Assembly (NCBI GenBank): GCA_029855935.1
Contig: JAGSHN010000018.1
Coordinates: 32,001-96,000 of the forward strand
Direction: 5' to 3'
Origin: Candidatus Thorarchaeota archaeon
GTDB taxonomy: Archaea > Asgardarchaeota > Thorarchaeia > Thorarchaeales > Thorarchaeaceae
Length of the DNA stretch: 64,000 bases
A program made the translations under genes and the position numbers. How positions within the stretch are numbered: position 1 is the first letter of the stretch; the number at the start of each line of letters is the position of its first letter. The notes under the pieces are model-generated. The model was not told where the DNA came from, did not search any database, and was given only the letters and a program-made list of their open reading frames with translations. This document shows, one piece after another, positions 56,542 to 64,000 of the stretch.

Positions 56542-56964
56542 ATGGTGATTGACAGAGAGGGAGCCACATCGGCAGTCATATTGCACTTCAAATCGGGAGA
56601 GCCTGCAAGTCTTCCGGCGGAGTTTGTTGCAGACATCGGTGAAAGCACCGCGCTCACGGTCCTTCACCACAAGGACAGGATCATGAAGATCTACCCTGTG
56701 GAGTCTGACAACATCTATCTGCTTCGCATCGAGATCAGCGACCTGTCCAGGGATTTCCTAAAGCAGCTAAACTTCTCCTTCAACGATGCAAAGCTGTCGG
56801 ACATCATCTTCACCACTGGCGTCTGCCTGCGGGGGGAGAAGTGCTACTACGAGTGCTACTTTGTGCCGGACCAGCTCGTTGTGTCGCTGGATGAGCTCCA
56901 GAACAGCCTCGAGAAGATCCCAGGCGTCTCACGTGTTGTCCTTCGAAGGGTTGAGTCTTCATAG
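56542..56964 (+). CDS. hypothetical protein, C-terminal ACT-like domain
   Basis: IIFTTGVC...YECYF...LEKIPGVSRV; codon use returns to host type. Confidence 0.65.
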   Translation: MVIDREGATSAVILHFKSGEPASLPAEFVADIGESTALTVLHHKDRIMKIYPVESDNIYLLRIEISDLSRDFLKQLNFSFNDAKLSDIIFTTGVCLRGEKCYYECYFVPDQLVVSLDELQNSLEKIPGVSRVVLRRVESS

Positions 56965-57063
56965 GGGACCCAACGCGGCCTGCATTTGCATGGGCCGGCT
57001 CTGATTCAACGAGAATGGGACCGTTCAGGGGGCTCGGTCTGCGGGGAGCACAACAAATATAGC

Positions 57064-57852
57064 TTAGTCGAGGACATCTTCGACGTAGTCCCTCAGATTC
57101 CGCGGCACATATGAGGCGAGAAAGCCTCTGAGTACAGTCTCCTCATCACGGATTATGTCATAGCTCTCGAAGTGGTTGAGCACATTATTCAGGTCGCGCC
57201 TGAGTAGCCTCACTGCGACCTCAAGGTTGCACCACGGGTCCACATGATAGGCCTGTGGCATGTCGATAAACCATGCTCGGTTGCGCCACCAGAGAATGTT
57301 GTACGGGCTGAGGTCTCCGTGGACGTAATGGGCACGACTGTACATTGCAAGATAGTCTGCCAGAATCTGGTCGAGCACAGCCCCGGGATCCTCTGGGTGA
57401 ACCTCCCTCAGTCGGGGTGCTGGTGTCGTACCATCACCAATGAACCGCATCGTGACATAGTTGGCAACGCGACCCACAGGAGTGGGCACGGGGACGCCCG
57501 CTCGAAAGGAGACCAGTAGCACGTCGTACTCTTTGGCTGCAAGTACCTCCATTCGACCAGGAGCAAAGAAGCCCCGCTTCTTGCCAGCACGTGATGTACG
57601 CCACAGCCGGTAGGCCTTCAGCACAAGTGGGAATCCATTGAGGACACCAAGATAGACATCGGCCTCCTTTCCCGACCTCAGCTGTAGAATGACCTCTGAC
57701 ACAAGGCCGAACTCCATTGCATCCTGTCGGACCTCTGCAAGGGTCAGTTCGTGGATGGCAACCGACTGGCCCGAACGACCCCCTCGTTGTCGACTGCGTT
57801 TGAACCGTGTCACACTTGATTTGGATGGATTGAATCTCTCAACAGGACACAC
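57064..57852 (-). CDS. RIO-family Ser/Thr kinase
   Basis: SGKEADVY, VPTP, HGDLSPYNIL, IDMPQ, RDLNN. Confidence 0.9.
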   Translation of the reverse strand: MCPVERFNPSKSSVTRFKRSRQRGGRSGQSVAIHELTLAEVRQDAMEFGLVSEVILQLRSGKEADVYLGVLNGFPLVLKAYRLWRTSRAGKKRGFFAPGRMEVLAAKEYDVLLVSFRAGVPVPTPVGRVANYVTMRFIGDGTTPAPRLREVHPEDPGAVLDQILADYLAMYSRAHYVHGDLSPYNILWWRNRAWFIDMPQAYHVDPWCNLEVAVRLLRRDLNNVLNHFESYDIIRDEETVLRGFLASYVPRNLRDYVEDVLD

Positions 57853-58083
57853 TGCTCAGTGCATCTCCTCTGTTCTCAGCACCTGTGGACTGCCCCGTGT
57901 ACGCATGGAGTGACTGTCACACGGGAACAGTGGAGCACGTGTCAGATGTTCGTCGTCACTGGGTGGCTAGGAGATCGCGTGCCACCGCCTAGGTCATCAG
58001 AACGAGCAACAGTCCGCACGGTCAACCCGATCTGTCCGGCTACACCGACACGTGCGAAGTGAGTCGAGCCTCCAGAACCAGAG

Positions 58084-58164
58084 TCACTGGAGAACGGTCT
58101 GACCGGTGCAGATTGTTGCTACAACAAGTCCGTCTTCAACTGTCACAACATTCACCAACGCCAT
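58084..58164 (-). promoter_or_regulatory. candidate 26-aa leader peptide upstream of RIO kinase
   Basis: GGAGGTG RBS; MALVNVVTVEDGLVVATICTGQTVLQ; RBS lies inside an 11-bp inverted repeat. Confidence 0.4.
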
Positions 58165-58357
58165 ACCAATCTGCACCTCCTGTTCTCCTTTGTCGGCTCC
58201 TCTACAACGTGGACAGTGAAATACTTTTGCCCGCTTGGTCTTGAGCGATAGTGACCGCGGCCGTTCGCCGGTGAATCGCTGGCAGAGGACTTAATATCTC
58301 TCAGACGCTCCGGTTGCGCCACCGCACAGCCCCATCCAACACGGAGTCCCATCAAGA

Positions 58358-59410
58358 ATGAAGACCACTCACCGAGTCATCTGTGGCGACGCGCGAGATA
58401 TGGCAGAGCTGGAGTCGTCATCGGTCGACCTGATTGTCACATCGCCACCATACCCTATGATTCAGATGTGGGACGAGACATTCTCGATGATGAACACAGA
58501 GATTGAGGAGGCCCTCAATGCTGCAGACGGGCCACAGGCCTTTGAACTGATGCATCAGGAACTCGATTGTGCGTGGAGGGAGTGCCACCGTGTTCTCAAA
58601 GAGGGCGGGATCATCTGCATCAATGTCGGCGATGCCACCCGGACCGTGGGCGAGGAATTCAGGCTCTATCCCAACCACTCGAGAGTACTGACCACGCTGA
58701 CAGCGCTCGGTCTCAGGGTGCTGCCGTGGATCATCTGGAGAAAGCCGACCAATGCGCCCAACAAGTTCATGGGCTCCGGGATGCTCCCACCCGGGGCGTA
58801 CGTCACTCTTGAGCACGAGTTCATTCTCATCGCCCGGAAGGGAAACAGGCGGTTGTTCGCATCTGGTGAGGAAAGGAGCCGGAGAAGGCAGAGCGCATAC
58901 TTCTGGGAGGAACGGAACCAGTGGTTCTCCGACGTCTGGACCGATCTCACCGGGACCTCTCAGCCGCTTCAGTCAGAGACCACGCGGTCGCGCAGCGCGG
59001 CCTTTCCCGTTGAGCTGCCGTATCGGCTGATTCAGATGTTCTCCATCCGTGGTGACACTGTCCTCGACCCATTCGCAGGAGTCGGCACAACACTTGTGGC
59101 CGCGGTAATCACGGCCCGTCATAGCATCGGCATAGAGATTGAGGCTGGCCTGATACCGCTGATCCTACGACGACTGGTCGACGGCGTAGAACTGGGACAA
59201 CAGACCGTGCAGCAGAGGTATAGGGCGCACGTGCAGTTCCTCAGACAGAGGGATAGCACAAAGACTCCACCAAGGTATCACAACAGAAGTCTTGACGTGG
59301 ATGTGATGACAAGTCAGGAGACCGATATGGTGTGGGTCGTCCCAGTCTCGGCGCAGACTGCGGAGGACGGCACTGTGATCATTGACTACGAGCCGTTCAA
59401 GGTCGAATAG
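58358..59410 (+). CDS. site-specific DNA methyltransferase (N4-C/N6-A, beta class), solitary
   Basis: Motif IV TSPPY precedes motif I DPFAGVGTT. Confidence 0.9.
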   Translation: MKTTHRVICGDARDMAELESSSVDLIVTSPPYPMIQMWDETFSMMNTEIEEALNAADGPQAFELMHQELDCAWRECHRVLKEGGIICINVGDATRTVGEEFRLYPNHSRVLTTLTALGLRVLPWIIWRKPTNAPNKFMGSGMLPPGAYVTLEHEFILIARKGNRRLFASGEERSRRRQSAYFWEERNQWFSDVWTDLTGTSQPLQSETTRSRSAAFPVELPYRLIQMFSIRGDTVLDPFAGVGTTLVAAVITARHSIGIEIEAGLIPLILRRLVDGVELGQQTVQQRYRAHVQFLRQRDSTKTPPRYHNRSLDVDVMTSQETDMVWVVPVSAQTAEDGTVIIDYEPFKVE

Positions 59411-59460
59411 AGGGCATTCAGACAGCCCCTCTCATAGACACGACTTCTCCGCCACGAGTG

Positions 59461-60279
59461 TCACTGTCTCGATAGGACCTCGTCCATTGCGCCAGTCCGA
59501 TAGCCCTGCGTGTCAAGTGTCACATACCTGAAACCCGCATTCTTGGCAATCTCAGTCAGACGGTCCAATTTGTCAACATCGAACATCTTCTGACGCTCGT
59601 CACGCCCGACCTCTATCCGGACGATATCGCCGTGATAGCGTGCCCGAACACACTCAACACCGAACAGGTCTCGAACTGCCTGTTCGACCGTGTCCACCAT
59701 CCTGACCCGTTCCTCAGTTATCTCAGTCCCATACGGGAATCGACTGGCGAGACAGGCCATGGAGGGACGCTCAGCAACAGACAGACCGCGACTCCGTGCA
59801 AAAGCACGAATCTCATCTTTTGTGACGCCAGCCTCCTTGAACGGGGAGATCACTCCCGCCTCGGCAAGAGCCCTCGCCCCGGGCCGATGCCCCTGAACAT
59901 CGGTCGCGTTTGTGCCATCGACGATAAGGTCCAGCCCGAGCTCCCGGGCCGCGCTGAGCCACACCTGAGAGAGCTCTCTCTTGCAGAAGTAGCAGCGGTC
60001 GACAGGGTTCTTCGCAAGGCCGGGATTGTTCAACTCGTCAACGTGAACCACCCTCAGAGGGAGTCCGAGTTCCTCTGCCGTACGCCTTGCAGCATCAATC
60101 TCGCCACGAGCAAGCATGATGCTGTCGACTGTCAAGAGCACCGTCCGTTGGGCGCTCTCCTTGGCGAGGAGAGCAAGGACTGCACTGTCCACACCACCGC
60201 TGAAGGCGACAAGCACTCCGTGCCCGCGTAGGATCTCTCTGACTCTCTCGAACTTTCTCTCAGTATCTGCCATGCTCAT
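59461..60279 (-). CDS. larE: LarE-type ATP-dependent sulfur transferase
   Basis: AFSGGVDS, RCYFCK, DGTN, RPG, PSMACLASRFPYG, RARYHG, GYRTG. Confidence 0.92.
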   Translation of the reverse strand: MSMADTERKFERVREILRGHGVLVAFSGGVDSAVLALLAKESAQRTVLLTVDSIMLARGEIDAARRTAEELGLPLRVVHVDELNNPGLAKNPVDRCYFCKRELSQVWLSAARELGLDLIVDGTNATDVQGHRPGARALAEAGVISPFKEAGVTKDEIRAFARSRGLSVAERPSMACLASRFPYGTEITEERVRMVDTVEQAVRDLFGVECVRARYHGDIVRIEVGRDERQKMFDVDKLDRLTEIAKNAGFRYVTLDTQGYRTGAMDEVLSRQ

Positions 60280-60572
60280 CTGTTGTCATCTCCCACAAGA
60301 AGCGGCACGAGGATGTCTGCAACGGACTCGGCGCTCTCTTCCGACATGCCTCTCAGCAGGATCCGGCCATCAGGAAACACTGTCACAGCACTGTCCCCTG
60401 CGCCCTGTAGTATGAGAATTGAGGGCAGGGCGACGCGAACCTGCATACCGACTGCACGGGCCACTCTCTCTGCCAGTGAGGGGAGATCGATACGTGACCT
60501 GCGGTCGAGGCGTATCTCGAATCCTGTCTTCTCCGAACACAGACGCATCTCGTATCTCGCTGGCGAGTTCAT
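60276..60572 (-). CDS. small protein resembling the C-terminal domain of ThiF/MoeB enzymes
   Basis: RLC...IDLPSLAER...VTVFPDGRILLRG; ATGA overlap with larE. Confidence 0.6.
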   Translation of the reverse strand: MNSPARYEMRLCSEKTGFEIRLDRRSRIDLPSLAERVARAVGMQVRVALPSILILQGAGDSAVTVFPDGRILLRGMSEESAESVADILVPLLVGDDNR

Positions 60573-60585
60573 AGTGAGAGCTCCC

Positions 60586-61116
60586 TCACAGAGCTGGTAG
60601 GAGCCGTCCAATGGTGGCCGGATGTCGCAACGACACGCTCGCCCGCCGATGAACGAGTCCCCGGGCTCGGGGGCGTGCATCAAGGGGACCGGCACTCAGT
60701 TGAGCATTGGACTCCCAGTTGATGTTTTGACTCTTCTGTTTGTGGCCCGTGGAGAACAGCGGAGAGACGTCGGGAAACAGTGTTCGTCGATTGGCCAGCT
60801 GCCTCAATATGCCTCCAGGCCCAACCTTCGCAAGAGAATAGAATAGAATGAAGGTGAGTCGAGCGACGCCGAGGCGGTCTCCCCAGCGGGAGAGTCTCAC
60901 AACAGGCGTCCGACAACGTGGTCAATAGGACTTCCAAATCAGCAGGAGCCCTACGACGAGGGGGAAGAGCGCAAAGGCGGTCAGTGCAAGCATCTACTCT
61001 ATGGGAGTGCCACAGGTGGACTCGACGACTGTCTCCTCGGTCGTGGCAAAGATCAAGAGGGCAAGCAGGGCTGTTGGCGGTGCAATGGTCAGTAGTCTGT
61101 TCAAAGTTGTTCTCAT
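60586..61116 (-). pseudogene. decayed membrane-protein gene with two in-frame stops
   Basis: GGAGGTG RBS and ATG at 61116; TAG at 60994-60996 and TGA at 60922-60924; frame continuous with ORF 60586-60900. Confidence 0.5.
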
Positions 61117-61248
61117 CTGGAACACCTCCCAGGGGAAGACATTCCGTAAAACGAACTGCGGGAGCCTTCTCCCGGCCGATTTTTGTCGAGAGTCCGCCTT
61201 AAGACATTTTCGAATATGAGCTCGGTTTCGGCTAGCGTAAGGCGCGCA

Positions 61249-62451
61249 TCAGAGTGATTGGCCCTCCTTCAGAACGAGGACCTCCGCCTCATTCACCTCT
61301 GCACGAATCCACAGCAGGTCCATCTTCTCCTCAGCTGGCGCAATCTCCTCAATTGGGGCGTGAATCGTAGGGTACTTCGGAGGAAGAACACAGCAGGAGG
61401 CAGCCTCGCTGGCAAACCTATAGGTCCCAATCTCTCGTGCCATCCGCTCGATCTCGACCTTGTCGTAGCCTATGCAAGGCCTTATGACGGGGGGGTCTGA
61501 GATGGCAGACGTCTCCACAAGCAGGTTCCGAGTTGTCTGAGAGGCCTGCTCGCCGATTATCTCTCCCGTCACAATGGCCTCGGCATTCTCCCTCCTCGCC
61601 ACCTCGGCCGCGAGACGATACATATTCCTCCGGCAGAACACACAGGTCATACGTCGCGGCGCGTGGCGGAGTACCTCGGTCAGATCATCACCATGTGGCA
61701 CGATGTACATCTTCACCTCTACACCGTGTATGAACCGACAGAGATGCCGTACTTGCTCGATGGCCACATTGACATTCGACCTGTCAGAGTACGGCGAGTT
61801 GTCGAAGTGGACAAACACGGGGACGGCCCCACGACGGATGATCTCGTACGCAGCAACAGGGGAGTCCAGACCACTGGAGATCATTATCACAACACGCCCC
61901 TCCATCCCGGTAGGAAGACCGCCAAGACCCTCCTCCGTCGTGTTGGCAACAAAGACCAAGTCATCACCAACCGGACATAGTGTCACGTTCAGGGCGGAGC
62001 CCGTGACAGGCTGGTCAGACGACTCAACCCTCGCAGCAAGCCCATCATCTGAGAGGAGCGAACACGCCTGCTGCGCCAGAACAATGGCCGTGGAATCATC
62101 TCGTGACAGAGAGAAGACAACGCCGCCAGCGGCGGAGGCTCCCGCCTTTTGCTGCAGCATCTTTCGCACGGCTCTCGCGATGGCCCTGTCATTATGTGAA
62201 ACCAGGACGCCGATACGAATCAGAGCAATGCCAAAGACGCGTCGTAGTGATGAGAGCAGAGGCTCCAAGTCACGCTCTCCAATGAAGACCGTGCCCTCGA
62301 CCTTTGTGATCTCCCGCGGTCTGAGGCCAGTCTCACGCAGACACTCTTGAATTGACCTGAGCAAGAGATGGAGAAACCTCTCCCTCCGCGAGTCTCTCAC
62401 GGCCGCGGTCCTTGTGGGCTCAATCAGGAGGCCCCATCTCTCTTCAGGCAT
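61249..62451 (-). CDS. thiI: tRNA sulfurtransferase ThiI
   Basis: GLGGLPTG, SSGLDSPVA PP-loop, CVFC, TGE..G.QASQT, RP..G.DK. Confidence 0.9.
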   Translation of the reverse strand: MPEERWGLLIEPTRTAAVRDSRRERFLHLLLRSIQECLRETGLRPREITKVEGTVFIGERDLEPLLSSLRRVFGIALIRIGVLVSHNDRAIARAVRKMLQQKAGASAAGGVVFSLSRDDSTAIVLAQQACSLLSDDGLAARVESSDQPVTGSALNVTLCPVGDDLVFVANTTEEGLGGLPTGMEGRVVIMISSGLDSPVAAYEIIRRGAVPVFVHFDNSPYSDRSNVNVAIEQVRHLCRFIHGVEVKMYIVPHGDDLTEVLRHAPRRMTCVFCRRNMYRLAAEVARRENAEAIVTGEIIGEQASQTTRNLLVETSAISDPPVIRPCIGYDKVEIERMAREIGTYRFASEAASCCVLPPKYPTIHAPIEEIAPAEEKMDLLWIRAEVNEAEVLVLKEGQSL

Positions 62452-62585
62452 CTCTCATCACGACCAGGCTGGCTGTACCCTGCAACAGAGGTTGCCCTTT
62501 AACCTTACACGCTTAGGCAAGGCTTGCCACAGGACCGCTTGACATCCCTGATGGACACTCTTGTTCGCCACGCCATCGCCTGCGG

Positions 62586-63986
62586 TCAGCCTGGAGGCAT
62601 TGCAGCCTGAGGAAGAGTCTCCCTGATGGCGAACCACAGAAGGAGAGCGGCGCCTATGCCGAGAGCACCCGCTGCCCAGAATGGTATCACAAGACCCTCA
62701 ATGGCTATCCACGCAACGTAGAATGTCGTCAGTGAGAATACGCCGTAGAGCCAGCCGCCCAATATCGGGCCGACGGTGGCGCCAGCGTTGAAGAATGCCT
62801 GAATAGTCCCGAAGAGCTTGCCACGCAGCCTCCACGGCACTACGTCGGCCTGGATGGCACGCATCGCGGGCTGCGACGCTGACATAGCCGCGTTCTGAAC
62901 AACCCAGACGACTCCGGTCTCGGTGAGGTTGCGTGTCAGGGGCAGCATAAAGAGCCCTGCTCGTGCAGTGATGGCACCAACCACTGCAATGCCCTTTCGT
63001 CCGTGAGAGTCGGAATACCGTCCGGCGGGGATTGTGAAGAGCATGCCCACTGCACCAGCCCCTGATATGATGAACCCGATTGCACCAATGTCCGTGGTGA
63101 TCTTGCTCATCAGGAACAGCTGAAAGAGTGGCTGGCCCATTCCCATTGCCACTCCGTTGGCAACGGCCATCACATAGAGTACATTGACCATCCTGCGGGT
63201 CGTTGGGTCCATATCGTCCGAGATTGGGTCCGATTCTTCGGCAGAAGCATCCTCTTGGTCCTGCTGGTCAACGACCCGAAGCGGTGATATCTCGTTGGCC
63301 TTGGAGAGCGGCGCGGTCTCACTGAGGACAAACCAGGTGGCGATGACAGATGGTACGACGAGCAATGCAGCAATGAAGTACGGGACTCTGAACACATCAG
63401 GCACGGGCAGAAGCAGCACATCCCTGCAGAAGTTATAGAGAAGGCCACCCAGTCCGGGGCCGGCCACAAAGCCCACATTTGACACCATTATGTACAGGCC
63501 AAGGCCCTCCGCCCGTCGTGTCGGGCCGACAATGTCCATCAGAGCCGCCTCGGACGTGGGCCAGACCATCGCCGAAACAACGCCCTGCCCCGCACGTATC
63601 GCCAATAACTCCATCCAGTTGTGTGCCAGGCCGAACAGGATGAGCAGGATGACGTAACCAAGCAGCCCAGCGATGATTATGGGACGCCGCCCGCGACGAT
63701 CAGACACCCCGCCCCAGTAGCGTGCGAGAAGCGTTCTTGTTCCCATAAAGGCTGCCATCATCATTCCGAGAACAAAAGAGAACTGCGCAACAACCTCTGC
63801 CGGGACCGTGTAGCCAGCAGCTGGCGGTTGTGTCAGCCCTCCCTCGAGCGCGATGAGGTACAGAGCCATCGAGGGGGCCACTATGCCGAAGCCAAGCATC
63901 ACAAGAAGGGCATTGATGGCGAGGACCATCACGCGCGGATTCAGATAGAGGCTGTCCCCCGTACTTGAATGCCCCTGAATCCTCAT
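62586..63986 (-). CDS. MFS transporter
   Basis: GGVSDRRGRR and GRYSDSHGRK motif A; about 12 TM. Confidence 0.92.
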   Translation of the reverse strand: MRIQGHSSTGDSLYLNPRVMVLAINALLVMLGFGIVAPSMALYLIALEGGLTQPPAAGYTVPAEVVAQFSFVLGMMMAAFMGTRTLLARYWGGVSDRRGRRPIIIAGLLGYVILLILFGLAHNWMELLAIRAGQGVVSAMVWPTSEAALMDIVGPTRRAEGLGLYIMVSNVGFVAGPGLGGLLYNFCRDVLLLPVPDVFRVPYFIAALLVVPSVIATWFVLSETAPLSKANEISPLRVVDQQDQEDASAEESDPISDDMDPTTRRMVNVLYVMAVANGVAMGMGQPLFQLFLMSKITTDIGAIGFIISGAGAVGMLFTIPAGRYSDSHGRKGIAVVGAITARAGLFMLPLTRNLTETGVVWVVQNAAMSASQPAMRAIQADVVPWRLRGKLFGTIQAFFNAGATVGPILGGWLYGVFSLTTFYVAWIAIEGLVIPFWAAGALGIGAALLLWFAIRETLPQAAMPPG

Positions 63987-64000
63987 CGCGTAGTCCTCTA

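Noticed and set aside
60600-61200. Possible RNase P/SRP RNA or Sec/Pyl recoding
   Set aside because: No conserved RNA motifs or SECIS recognised; a decayed ORF explains the region better

Overview
A gene-dense, GC-rich archaeal window. Assignment to an Asgard archaeon (Thorarchaeota-like) is an inference from a TPR-longin fusion, an archaeal GTPBP, TFS-like, RIO, ThiI and LarE genes, and many membrane-anchored Thr-linker surface proteins. No rRNA, tRNA, CRISPR array or transposase was recognised. The left half holds four large membrane-anchored subtilases and a 1698-aa repeat surface protein; one subtilase (9699-12605) resembles eukaryotic Site-1 protease in architecture. Two more AT-rich patches carry a MazF toxin with an unusually long partner and an ABC-type ATPase/nuclease pair. 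The best candidate for an undescribed system is at 46078-53792. There, a radical SAM/SPASM enzyme with an N-terminal PqqD/RRE-like domain is divergently transcribed from an operon encoding a DUF2207-like membrane protein. That protein's predicted cytoplasmic C-terminus is a 49-aa (CHSA)n/CVSHD repeat (11 Cys, 9 His), resembling a RiPP core fused to a membrane protein. Two structured leaders (7529-7647 and about 57885-58190) are also proposed. All family assignments come from motif recognition by eye; no searches were run.
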